Source: Catajapyx aquilonaris
Lineage: Eukaryota
NCBI GenBank assembly: GCA_000934665.2
Contig: JYFJ02003739.1
Span: 1 to 38,466 of the forward strand
DNA length: 38,466 nt
Direction: 5' to 3'
A program made the position numbers and the translations under genes. Shown piece by piece: positions 20,916 through 33,478 of the stretch. The notes beneath the pieces are model-generated. The model worked only from the letters and a program-made list of their open reading frames with translations, was not told where the DNA came from and did no database searches. Within the stretch, counting starts at the first letter, position 1. The number at the start of each line of letters is the position of its first letter.

Positions 20916-22855
20916 GGAATAGTCACTCATTAGTAGGGTTTGACCGATAGGGCTAAAAACAATAGTAAATGGCGGTAAATTGTCACTCCAAAGCTGCAGT
21001 GAGGTAGTGACCCTTTCACGTAATTATCCTGAATTCCCCAGTAGTGGCTCGATCGTGGGCTCGATTCATTGCCAAAACCCGCCATTTGTTTGCGATGCTG
21101 CCATGTGAGTCAAACTGATGACGTCATGAGTAACGGTCCACCTACACTATTTTCCTTTTCCCCGGATTTTAAAGGTCATATGGATTTTTTTTATCGCGAC
21201 ACGTCACTTTTCGGATTGTTTCGGATGTTACATTAAGGGCCCAAATAATGGGACATCATTCCGCGCATTGTCTCAAAAATTTTAATTTGGAGACTGGCCA
21301 TTCAACGGTCGCTTGAATTTGGTGTCAAAATTGATGAGCAGACGACATAGTTACCATGATGGTTCCAAGATGGATAGAATACGGTATCTTGCTCGGCTCA
21401 TTCGTTTAAATCACTGATTGGCTTAAATAACTCTGCGAAAAATAACTCACAGTTTATTTGATATGGTATTCCGCTTTTGATTGACACGATTTGTCTCATT
21501 TATGATACATTGATACTGATAGGCTAATATCTAAATAGCCTTAGTTGCTTTGGCTCTTTCCCACGCAAACTATCGGGTGCATTTTTGGACAAAAATTATG
21601 ACTGCGATTTATTGTGTTTACGCCTTTACGGAAAGAAAAGGAAGTGTGCAGTGCTAAGTTAACGGAGTCAAACGTGCTTTTCCGTGGCAAAAAAAAGGCA
21701 CTGATATTTTTGTCTGTATCGCTGGTCCCATGCTGGTCCCAACACCTGCAATGACGTCATTTTAGAGAGAAGGGTCTGTTTGGATGTGATGACGATTGTT
21801 GACAAATGGGGCGGAAGGGAGTAAAAATAAATAAGCAAGAATGTCGCCACCCATAAACGATTTCCCAGAGTATATTTGCTACCATTACCATAAGGCAAGT
21901 GTGTTTTAACCTGCGAATTCTATACTATAAGTTTATATTGCAAACCACGCTGTAAAACAGAGACGACTTAGTATAGGCCTATGCTGCAATAATTGACACT
22001 ATTTTGTGTCACAGCATTTCCATAAACTGGAAAAAATTTGGGTTGAACCACGGTCTTGGTTGAACTGTCAATTTCAAGGTAGACCTTATGACCTGTTATT
22101 GGTCTGCTGGCCAGTCAGTGATAATGTTATATGCCGCACTTTCCTGGCCTTTTTATCAGGATATGTTTAGAGATGCAGGCAGGCTACATTCTGTGCATAT
22201 AGTTCGCACCATTTAGCCAGACTATGACTATGTCAGCATTAAAATTGCAGTAGTCTGTTATGCAGTCTCGCCATCAAGACCTTGATTAATTATTAATATC
22301 CTTGATCTCGTGATTACTTTGGCGAGGTCTGGAGTGTGTGGCGATTCGAACGTCGGTGTTTCAAACACCTTGAGTTTGATCCAGACAGAAATATATAGGG
22401 ACGCGTGATGGCGTGAAGGGTTCTAATTATGCACCCAGTAATGAGATTTTCAAATGAATACAGTAACTATACCTCTTGACTATACCTATTAGGTTTGCCA
22501 TTCAAACTGTTTCAATTTCGCAATGGATAATGAGCCCTTGGGAACCACCATCTTTGATTATTGAGGCATTTTAAGTGCGTCGAGTGCAGGCAGCTCTTAT
22601 GCAACTGACCTTTTTGAATTTGACGTGGAAATATCAAATACCAATAAAATGGAGCACAAGCACAGTTTAGATTGGACAAACAGGATGAAATTACCGTTCA
22701 GCTAATAAGGTACTTCATTTCCTGCGTGCCATATAGGTGCACAGCCTTTTTAATACAGAAAGCATCCTTTCATGTGACGTTCACTGGCCCTGATTTTTTA
22801 AAAACAAGGTTGATGAATTTCCAACATTATCCATACTTCCATCACCTTTTATTTA

Positions 22856-23412
22856 CAGTTGACTCCGGATATAACAGACTTCAAGGGACCTCGGGAAAAG
22901 TATGTTATAACCGAGGTATGTTATAGCCAAATCGCCACTTTTGCAACGAATACACTCAGTTTTCTGCTTTCCATATATGCTCATAATGCGCACTACAGCA
23001 TTAATGAAACTATCCCCCCAAAAAATGCAAAATTAGCCCACCCGAAAATTAAGCAGGACAAGAAAATCCGTATTTTTCATCTGCCGCCTCCTTGTTGCCA
23101 AATATACCAAAAAAGTATGATTTTGAGTAACTTAAATCAGTGACAGATGCGAAAATCATCCCCTCCAGATCCTCTGCCTTCCTGCGCGTGGGAATCAAGG
23201 AAGTATAATAATAAAAAAACACCATATTTGCCCGGCGAGGGGCCAAAAATTGGTGTATGTTATAGCCGAGGTGAGGTGGAAATGAATATGTTATATCAGG
23301 AGTAAAAAAAATACAGAGGGCCTTATTATGGAAGTATGGCGGGACCGGCCTTTCGAGTCTGTTATGAGAGAAAGTCCGTTATAGCCGAGGCTGTTATATC
23401 CGGAGTCCACTG
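22856..23412. mobile_element. 557-bp pogo/Tigger-like MITE (TA TSD)
   Basis: TA|CAGTTGACTCCGGATATAACAG ... CTGTTATATCCGGAGTCCACTG|TA (21/22); multiple GTTATA.CC subterminal repeats. Confidence 0.85.
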
Positions 23413-24118
23413 TATGAGTTATTTGTTAGTGAGAACGAAAATTGTTATTTCTTTGAATGGAACATACAGTATTAATAACTGTATTATGGAAGCTAAAGAG
23501 CCGGGTTTGGGGGGATATGTTTTAAAAATATCCGCGTGTCTGGTAGATTTTGCTGGCATATTTATATTTTTGTCGTGATTGGTCTGTGATCTTTATTATC
23601 TTTCAAGGTCTTGACTATTACTAGAATCAATTACAATACTTATATAGTCAGTAATAATTTCGCAATATAGTATAAGTCCCTTGGGTGGCCCACTCACTGT
23701 CATTATTTTGGTTTATGTCTCACTTGTTCTCTTAGTTGTGAATTCCATGCCGATTACGCGAGTCACTTATCTTCCCAGAAAGCTTGTTATGTGGACTATT
23801 TAAATAGGCTATGTTTTATTTTGCGGTATTTTGGAGGGGATGCGAACGTCCCGTTTCTAATCTAAAAAAATACGATGTCACTATATAATCTGGGGGCGGA
23901 TCAGGAAATAAAATATCGGACTACTTATGACTTCCAAGTTTCAGCTGCATACGTTACCGCTGGCACTGACTTTGACCCTATCCTTTAACAAGAAGAATGT
24001 TCACACGGCCCGCCGCTACTTCCTGCTATAATGTATATAACCCTGGTGGAAAATAAGGTGTACGGCTATCACTTTTGCAGATAACTGCACAAATAGCGTA
24101 ACCTTATGTCCTAAAGGG

Positions 24119-24210
24119 CAGACTTCTTCAACCGGTGCTCCGCCAAACCCGAGGTTTCTTTGGGTCTGTCCGAGGTGTTCCGCAAATATATTTGCGGAGC
24201 ACCTCGGGCA
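24119..24210. repeat. hAT-like left-end remnant ending in a 44-bp spacerless palindrome
   Basis: CAGACTTCTTCAACCGGTGCTCCGC resembles hAT ends; TGTCCGAGGTGTTCCGCAAATA|TATTTGCGGAGCACCTCGGGCA (24167-24210, 2 mismatches). Confidence 0.45.
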
Positions 24211-25362
24211 ATGGACTGCATTAGTCGGGTAAACATTCCAATATCAATATTGGTAGTTCTTCTTTGGTCCATTGTTATTCTCTGGTCAGCATATTAAAAA
24301 CTAATGCTGGCCACATGCATGTAATATATTTTTTAAAGTAGGCCTACCATGTCATTAGTTATCACGAAAATAGTATCTCTGGACAATACTACGCAATAAT
24401 CGGTCAAAATTTGTATCATAGATCACGAGTTCAGCGACAAGAAAAAATAATATAAAAAAGCCAAGGCTGTCCTAAAGTAGTGCTTTACCAACATAGTGAG
24501 CTTTTGTAAATCTCTTCCTTGAGAGAAGCAGGCAGGGAAGGAAAGGCCAGCAATTGTCACTACCCACTCTACCACCCCCCACCTTACAATATATCCCCTC
24601 GAAGCAGAAATAGTGTTCCAGTTGTTGTTGCCATAGATGTTCGCTATTTCCTCTAAGTTGCTTATTTTAATCAGTTATTTGGAGAAGATCTACTTTCAGA
24701 TGCTATGAATCTATTAGTTTATATTAGATTGAATATGTGCATCATATTCAACTAATACATGCGGATTTGTGCTCAGTGAAAATATAACCTCAGGTGCCAG
24801 TGGATCACACTGGATCATTCGCAGTGTCTTATGATGGAAAATTAATAGCAATATAAGGCCCGATGGGATTCTGTCAATCATATCTAAAAATCAATTCTAA
24901 AACAACTGCCTAATAATAAGCAACTTTTAGTAGGCCTGCGTTAAAATCTCAGTTCAACCACTGCGGATATATTTTAACAATAATGGCAGCGCAATTTCGA
25001 CCAATAGTCACTACAGGTTGAGCATCCCGTTTCTCACGTACAATACTGAACCGTGTCGACCTTTCGAATGCGAATGAAATGGCCACACTTGGCTTGAAAA
25101 GTCACGCGTCACAATATTCTTCTGTGCACAACGGACCGTCTCCCCTACACAGGCCATTTCCCTCTTTAACATCTCCACAGAACTTTGACCTCCAAGCTAT
25201 ACGCATCGAAGAGCCAGGAAATCCACCACCCAACCACCTCAACTATTACGTATAGTGGCTGATACGTCCACGAATATTCAACACCCATAATGATGAAAAA
25301 TGGATGAAAAATTCTACGTAAAAAAAAAATTATGGACAAAATAGTATAAATATTGTACTTAC

Positions 25363-25510
25363 GATTGTTCCCTGTACACATCCCCACTAGCGATTGTGAC
25401 AGATCTAGAGGGTGATGGGGTCGTCTGAAATGATCACGGAATAAAACATGAAAATCTGGTTGGACCACCAGGTCAACAACACGTAGTGACAAGACACACG
25501 CACACTAGAG
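25363..25510 (-). other. Candidate alternative 5' exon
   Basis: Consensus donor ATC|gtaagt at 25363 below a GC-richer promoter-like patch (~25490-25700). The 5' boundary is approximate. Confidence 0.25.
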
Positions 25511-25771
25511 CGGAACAGAGTGTTTGGTTCTTAGGGAATGGTTGGATTGGCAGATGTGTACACTGTACAGCGCAGCTGCCAACCTACAGGACCAGGAAGA
25601 GGCAAGTTGTCTTCAATTCTGCAGCAGGAAGGATGGGGGCCGGGAAGAGGGATATATAGTCGACTGAGGCCGAAGCATGCACAGCTCATGTCCTTTGACC
25701 TACATGGAAAATCGCCGAATCAAACGGCGCATGTGCCAAAACGCCAAATTAAACTAGTCTCACTTTGCATT

Positions 25772-25819
<48 letters not shown>
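25772..25819. repeat. (ATC)16 microsatellite
   Basis: Read directly. Confidence 0.97.
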
Positions 25820-25821
<2 letters not shown>

Positions 25822-27503
25822 TGCACATTTTAGCAGCATGTATGGGGCCAAATAGGGTGCTAAATGTCAAGGAGTCAAATTTAGGAATATAGGGTAATCA
25901 CTAATCTTGTGACATGAAGTCCTTGAAATTAAACCGCTGCGATGTGCTGGTTCAACCTCAGCAAAACCGGTACTGCTATTACTTATGACATATGTCTCGG
26001 TCATTTCCGCCTTTTGAAACAAATGTTACATATGATGCCCTTTAACGGAATGTTTCGTGCCAATAACAAAGTATTCACTGGAGTCGGCACTAAACATTGA
26101 AACGAGACAAGACGAGCTGCGTAAATGAGGTCTCTTTCGCAGATACCGGTGCGGTATTCCAAAAAAAAAAAGAGGGCAACATGTGCGCGTTTACGAGGTA
26201 CCTATAGGAACGGTTATTTGCTCCATACACCTCAAAAGTGTTACTATTTCAGCAGTGAATTTGTATGGATAATTTGCGAACTCCACCAACGATTTATGTT
26301 ACATTCAGTGACCATAAAATAGTCAAAATTGGAGAAAAAAGCATGCCATAAATAATGTACGTAGCAACACTTACTCTTCTGCATGGATCGGACGACGCTA
26401 TCAAAATATGGGGTGTCACGTGTTCCGTTACTTGGTAGTCACGATGTGACAAGCCCTGTTGCCTCGGCTGTAAAGAGAAGGCGATTCTCTCAAGTATAGC
26501 ATGCGGTTCATACCGTATAATTCTGTACACATAAAAGAGCAAGTTAACTGCACGTATTCAATTTCAGTACAATGATACGGAAAGAGGCTATTGGAAGAGA
26601 GAGGGAGATAAATGCACATGCAGCATGAATCGCCTTGATTTTGTTTGATCTGGTCGGCATCGGTCAACAGGAGAGAAATACAAACAAATCTGGAACAGGT
26701 ACAGGATACATGCGCAGGGCATCACCGTACGAACTCCAAAAATTTGAGCATGCTTCGAATACTTACGACGCAGGCTATGGAACTACAAATATAATATTGT
26801 CAAAATGATAGGCCCATGCACGGAGTGGAAATTCGAGGATATAAGCTGATAATGTAACGTATATACGTAACTGGGAAGGATTACAGAAAAAGTCGCGTTT
26901 TTTCATATATATACGTCTGGAAGTTGCTATTTTAAATTCCATTTCTACTGGCACGTACCCAGGACCCAGTAGTATATGTACAGTACAACAGTACCGCATG
27001 CAGATTATACAATATCTTATCAGATTAAAATAATGTAGGTTTGGAAGCATTATGAAAATTTGTAGCGCAACAGTGAAAGAAGAATGGGACCCACATAATT
27101 GTCATGCCATCTTGTCAGGAATATATTCGAAAGAGTTTCTCAAAAAGATAGTATTCATAACCCCCTGCATGAAATTACAGTTCACAATCTTAAACGACTG
27201 TATAAACTGCCCACTGTAAACACTTGCAAGAAGCCAAGTGGAAGATAATAACAGAAATCAAATACAAATATACTATAGTAGGGCTAGCTCTACGGTTGTG
27301 TGCAGGCCTCACTGTACATAGACTAACGTTATATTGTGATACAACAGTACAAATACTGCACCACAGAATTTGATAATGAAGGCAAGAGTGAATACAGCAG
27401 GCTTTCAAAATATTATTGTGCCTCAACTTCATTTTATAATGATTTGCCCAACTGAAAGCTAGGATGGAACTATAGTTGCAATTTGCAGACGTCCTTACTT
27501 TAC

Positions 27504-27643
27504 AATTTCTGTTTTAAGTAGCTCCAAACAAGCTGCAAGCTGGGGGCTTGATTGCGTCGCCATGGCCACTTTAGAGTTCTCCAGATTGGAGCGACACTGT
27601 ACGGAGGTTGCGTAGGTATATCAAAGAGTAAGTGGGATTTGAG
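27504..27643 (-). CDS. Candidate bridging exon (phase 0 to 2) or alternative first coding exon of the DLGAP-like gene
   Basis: Acceptor tctcctttcag| at 27643, 140 nt open to TT|gtaaag at 27504, which would join 28881 to 14319 in frame. Alternatively gccATGG at 27563 reads MATQSSPQLAACLELLKTEIV to AA|gtaagg at 27499, also phase 2. No homology recognised. Confidence 0.3.
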
Positions 27644-28880
27644 CTGAAAGGAGACCTCGATTTTCTTTTTCTCATCTTCATTACATCAAATGATGTGCTC
27701 CAGCGGGTGTCCATGGCGACCGAACCTAACAGATCGGGTTGCTTCTCGAGAATAAAAGGAACGGTTGCCTCCACGACGACGATTGACACCATTCCGCACA
27801 AAGGGCACGACTAGTTTTATAGTAAACACGTTTCAGGTGAAATGAATAGCACAGAGAGATTCTAAGGGAATGGTTTCGTAATGTCTTGAGCAGAAACGCA
27901 GGTAGACTCACCAAAATATTAGTGTACGACTGAAGATGTTTACGAATTGTAGGCTATTCAGTCTATATGCATCTGGATGCGATGCTTTTATTTTCAGCAA
28001 GTCAATAATTATCCGACGGTTATGCGCATTGGCAAATGCGTCGTTTTTTCGCACAGTACAATGTCCCCGCATCATACCAACTCAAAACAAACAAATCGTG
28101 AGGAATTATATTTGGAAGCCTTGTATGCCAAAAGCTGACCGCGCTTCTTGTTCCACGTCTGCATCACGCAAAGTTCCGGTCTACAGGTCCACCTTTCTTA
28201 ACGACGAATCTATCAGTTTCGGTACCATTTATAGTAATATATATTATCCTCCTAAGACAATTCAGTTATAATTTGATCTGGCACTGTCGCTTCACATAAG
28301 TCACGGATTTGTCTGACAAAAAAGATCATTTCCCATTGGCTTGTGGAAGACACTTTGCGTTTAATCGGAGAACCTCCTAAACGGAAGGAACGTGTTAAAT
28401 ATTGTACCTCAGTACTGGAAGAGACGTGCAGACATTCCATGCCAGGTTATCTCATAGTAAGGCCAGTGAGTCTGTGAAGTGACACGTCTATTCTATTCTC
28501 CGTTGTGGAGGAGGAGGGTGCTTCCATATATACCGCACGGATTTCCGTCCTGCTGATATACCGTATACCCAACGTACCCATATTCCCGCCGTGTCTGTCC
28601 AACTGCTCTATGTGCATTTGGTGAATCTACCAGCCATGCTTCTCAAGATATTATGCGAAGTTCCTTTTAAGATTTGAACCGTATTATGTGGTTACGTCTG
28701 CCTCATTTCATTGCCCCCTATGGATTGATCGTATACGAAGGAAACATTCACATATAGATTATACAAATTCATAAGCCCTAAACGCCTAAGCACAATGCAG
28801 CCGAGCATACAGAGTGCACACAACGCACGTATAGGAGCGCGCACACAAAAGCCATGCACCATGATTGTTTTGTCAACTAC

Positions 28881-29957
28881 CTGCGAAGATCTGTCCCTTC
28901 GATAAGCTGCAGTCATGTCTCGTACTTTCACCTCCCCCGTACCCAACTCACTGGGTACTTTCCGCTGCGAGTGCAACGTTCGCTTGGGCGACACTTTTGT
29001 GAAGAGCTCCTCATTGTCCTCGTCATTCTCTTTGGTTCCATCTGCATCCTTCCTGGAACCAGTAGGTAGAGCTGACGGAACCGAAGGACGTTGCTGGTAG
29101 GCCTTCCGTTGTTTGACCGCCAGTTCAAAACTACGGTCCGAGGCATCGCTGGCGTCAGAGCCATCCGGTCTCGAGAATTCCACCACGATCCATGGTCTTT
29201 CGTTTCCCTTGTTCGAACCAGAATTTCGTCGTAACCTAGGGCTCAACTTTTTCAGAAAGGAGGCCAAACTGGACGTTTTGGACTTGCGTGGAGGCTTGTT
29301 TTGTTGGGTCATCCTCGGTCTGGGCATGGTGCTAGACTTCTGGATAGCCTGCGAACCGCGGGGACTGGATGGAACGCTGTGGGATGTGGTCATGTTTGTT
29401 GCGGAAGAAGCGTAGGGAACGCGACCGTTGATGACGTCCACGCTGGAGCACGTGGAGGCCACAGGTTCTCGGCTGGGCATCAAAGTGGTCAGCGTGTCTC
29501 TAGGAAGAAGATGTTCTTCGGAACGAGTTGTGAATTTCCAGGTGAAAGGCGATTGCTTCTTCTTGGGTTGTCGAAAGAGGTTGTCGCAGGACTTGGTGCT
29601 CTGCGGCTCCTTGTTGCCTCTGGTTCCTTTGAAAATCCCTGCGACGTTTTCTAACGACTTGACTAGTGTCCTTTGCTGCCTGGACTTGCGGGCTTTGCGG
29701 AACTTGTAACAAGAGTACTTATTGGCGGCTATGTCGCTATCACTTTCCTCCTCTTCGTCTTCCAGCTCCCTCCTGCTGCTGGTTCCTCTAGTCTGCCCAT
29801 AGCTGTCTAGCGAATACTCGTTGCTTATGGCCGATATATAACTACCTAGACGATAATGCTGGTACTCGGCGTACAGTTGCACCCCATCCAAATTGATCTT
29901 GGCTCTTTCGTTGGATGTAAGTCTGACCACTTCAATCTTGGGTCGTGGTCTGCTCAT
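28881..29957 (-). CDS. Large Ser/Arg/Lys-rich coding exon, probable first coding exon of a long DLGAP/vulcan isoform (linkage inferred)
   Basis: Longest ORF in the window (421 codons to its stop), relatively GC-rich, on the same strand as the GKAP exons. Protein-like low-complexity sequence runs up to a donor TCGCAG|gtagtt at 28881, after which it looks intronic. Upstream acceptor ccgccttttccag| at 30178. The phase-0 donor needs a bridging exon to reach the phase-2 acceptor at 14319. Confidence 0.6.
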
Positions 29958-31068
29958 GTCGGTCCATTGTTAGGTCCTCCTGCCGACAATCCTCCGTAGC
30001 ATTGACCCACGACCCCACAATGCACCGCTCCACAAGTGTAGTATATCGCGTGCCTTCTCACGCATTGTCGCTGATCTCACACTGGGTACAGGTACGCAGG
30101 GAAGGAACGCAGCATGGCTCAAAATGCATGGTTCTGGGTGGGGCCTTGCTGCCATGGTAACATGACGTTGGGAGTTAGCTGGAAAAGGCGGTTGTGAATT
30201 TTCCCACTCCCCACTGTTACATACATGGCTTTGCATTGTGGAATGTTACTGAGAGCCACGCCTTGTCAAGAGCCCTTCATTAGAGTTTGCTGCAAACTGC
30301 TGGGTATAATAATATGCGACAGGCAATTTATGGGTGGCAGGGGGGAGGGGGGGGGGGTCATTTCATTACCATACCACGCATGTAGGGTTTCGCTACTGTA
30401 CTCATGCCACTAACAAGTATTGAATTCACGCCTTGCAAAACGTTTGGTCCGTCAAATGTGCAGATATAGAAGTTTACAAATCAAGAATGAATTGGTTGGC
30501 ACGAGGTAGTACAGTGCTATCGGCGCAAAAATGTACAGGAAATAATTAAAAATATGGAGTTACTAAAGGAATTGCTCCCCTTCCGACATGGACACGTCTT
30601 CCTTCATATCACTTAAAGGCAAGAGACACAATTTTAGGTCCGTTGGTGCACAACTCTAGTCCCATATACAACTGAACAAGAAAATGTATATAAAAGCCGC
30701 AAAATAAATCCACATAAAACAGAGTGCTTGTTGTTCAAGTGTTCCCAGCATGCCAAGTACAGGAGCACATCAACAAAGGCAGGGAAAAAAAACCAGAGGG
30801 AAAAATTCGGCCTCCAGCCCACAACTCAGCAGTTTGAAAAGTAGGTCTGAAAATTCTGCCCCACCTGCATTGCACGGAGTCAGGCCTGCAAATCATATAC
30901 CCGCAAGAAACTTTTATAAAACCGCACGTGATGTTTGATGCGGACAGGCTACAACGTATCATTTTGCTAAAAACAACCCCAGCCATCAAATTGATGGGAG
31001 AAAATTGTCCTCGGCGGGGGTTAGACGAGTCGTGGGGACTAATGACTCTGCGGTGGTCACGTACTTAC

Positions 31069-31136
31069 TCGTAGGTCAGGGTAACCGATTACAGCTTTTC
31101 CTTTGAGGGTGACGTGATTCGCTTGAACACCGGACT
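31069..31136 (-). other. Candidate 68-nt 5' (probably UTR) exon
   Basis: Pyrimidine tract and acceptor tttcctttggcatcttttccggtcag|, donor CGA|gtaagt. Lies between the candidate exons at 33355-33587 and 28881-30178. Confidence 0.35.
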
Positions 31137-33354
31137 CTGACCGGAAAAGATGCCAAAGGAAATGGAATCAGCGGTGTACCAAGATGCATTTATTAGAGAG
31201 GAGCGTAAAAAGCAGATCAAAAGTACCGTCCTCTTGGTGTGCTTCGCTGAGCGAGAGGCTCGCTTTCAAGTGGTATTGATGGAACTACACTAGGCGGATT
31301 CTACCAAGCTCCTACCTCTACTACCAAGCTCCTTTCCTTTGCTGGTTTGATATACAAACGCTGCACACAAACATGAATAAGCTTTCTGATTTTAGGTTGA
31401 AAAGATGGAGGCACAAGTGATTAGTCATTAACCAAATTCCTTTCAAGCGGAAAACAAATATGCCTACCTGTCTTTCATAGCAAACTGGAAATAACCCTCA
31501 GGGAGGAGAGACACTGCACAGGAGATGCGAAATGCGATCAGGCCGAAAAACGGACAAGAAGAGCTGCATGTTGACACGAGAAGGTCGATGAACCTCGCAT
31601 GAGAGAAAGTATTATATTTGCAGCCCGTTATCCAGCCATCCATACGGAGCTATTCGATAATATTGCACATTCTTTGCCACATCCTGCTTTACAGTATAGG
31701 TATAATACTGCTTTACTGTACAGTGTATGTCGTGATGACGATCTCGTCAACTCAATGGATTAACCCAAGCGTTGCAGGGAGCGGGGTGTGGTTAAAATAC
31801 CTGCGCATAATAATCGCTCTGATGACTTTGAGGGATATCTTGTGTCATATACACGCACAAACTGATACGGTTTCATTGCGAGGAAATGCAATCAGCTCTG
31901 CCAAATATAGACCACTGATTCAGCCCAGGATAGATAGCGTAATAAATTCCCTTTATTCTCGCTGTCATTATGTCACCAAAAAAAGAGAAGAAGAGTTGAC
32001 TAACCAATATCACAATGCACGTTTTGTGGTGCACTTTGGAGAGTCATAAATTGCCAAGGGAGTTAAGAAAGACATGCACCGGTATCCGGATTCTCGGAAT
32101 GCGTGGGTCGATATTATTACGGGAGTAGCACGAGTACGGCTTCTTATACATCTCACGAATTCTTCATGATTTCGGCACGATCATCGCTAAGACTGTGGCC
32201 CAAGGGCGTCTTCACGTCTGGGAATTTGAAAGAAACGCCGACTGTACTGTACTACTAAAAAGAGGGCAGGATTAAACAGAATCAGTCTACTCGTTACGAG
32301 AACTCGACTAGCCACGAGTGTTTTATGTGTCCGTAAAAAAGTATATTCCGCTCGTAGTGCCTATGGTAACGATAAGAAGCAATGACATTGCGCCAAAAAT
32401 ATATGAGTGTGTTTTTAATGGCCCTGATTATACCTTCAAGATAATATAGGCCTTTATATAATCAGCAAAGAGCTGGAAAGTTACTCCTATACTGGTACTC
32501 CGCATGTGGGCACTGTGAAATGATGAATTAGGCATAATATACCAGCTCTGTTACTGGCTAAAAAATGTGTGCAAATATTCACATAATATTCTGATAAACA
32601 CAATGGAGAAAACCCTACCGCCTATGAACAATATCCTGGCTAAAGAAAACAGAAGATCCCAAGCACTCATACCAGTATCATGGGAGCATCGAACAAATCC
32701 GTGATTAGAAATAATTCATCCGGTGCCGATTTCCCCCGACCCACTAACCTTCAACTCCTGCCGAAACACCACACCTCGAATCCGAATAAAGAAAAATGAT
32801 CCTCTAAACTGCGAGCCCTCGTCCTCCTTCTCGTCCTCCTCCTCCTCCTCCTCCTCCAAGCAGCCAAGAAGCACCTTTGAACCCGGCCCGTCCCCGACGC
32901 TTGAAAACCATTTACGAGCCCAACATATTCCACGCCGCTTCTGCTCCACAAGCACTCAACACGCCTCCTACATATACAGTGAAATAGGGGTGAAACGCTT
33001 GAACGGCTACCTATCCCACTCCGTTCGTTCCTGGCATCGCCTCCGGACATGTATGTACACAGTCGAGCGTGCATGATACAGTTAACACATATATCCCATG
33101 CTTTTGGGACGTATCGATTGGGACTCCTCTTCGGGGCCCGGGGGCCAAACCCAGGCTCCACACCAAAATTACACATCCCCCACAAGGCGGGGTGCAGAAA
33201 GGAAATGGTGTTAGTTGGAGGGCGGGTTCATGCGGGTGTCCAATTTGATATACNNNNNCCCCCCCCCCCCACTCCCTCCTCCTCACCTAACCCGTGGCAC
33301 CAGAAGCAACCACAGCAGAAGCAACTAAACATCTCTTCAAAGAGGAATACTTAC

Positions 33355-33405
33355 AAGAGTGGCGATCCTCCGGTTCGCTGCTCGGTCCACAGCATCAGCA
33401 GCAGC

Positions 33406-33478
<73 letters not shown>

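Noticed and set aside
22856..23412. Regularly recurring GTTATA.CC repeats as a possible CRISPR-like array
   Set aside because: Short degenerate subterminal repeats with irregular spacing inside a TIR-bounded MITE, in a eukaryotic context with no cas genes.
26767..26782. 16-nt microexon-like segment (tttgtag|...|gtaagt on minus)
   Set aside because: It would convert phase 0 to 1 rather than the required 2, and lies in repeat-like sequence.
28692..28880. Hydrophobic C-terminal tail of the 421-aa ORF suggesting a single-exon membrane protein
   Set aside because: It begins right after a CAG|gtagtt donor and changes to intron-like composition, so it is more likely read-through into the intron.
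28854..30160. Several plus-strand ORFs antisense to the large exon (also 10776-11039)
   Set aside because: Expected shadow ORFs of a GC-richer coding exon; no independent splice or domain evidence.
33254..33270. Poly-C run next to NNNNN and ORFs crossing it (33011-33286, 33049-33507)
   Set aside because: Assembly gap; frames across it are unreliable and the poly-Asn reading comes from the microsatellite.
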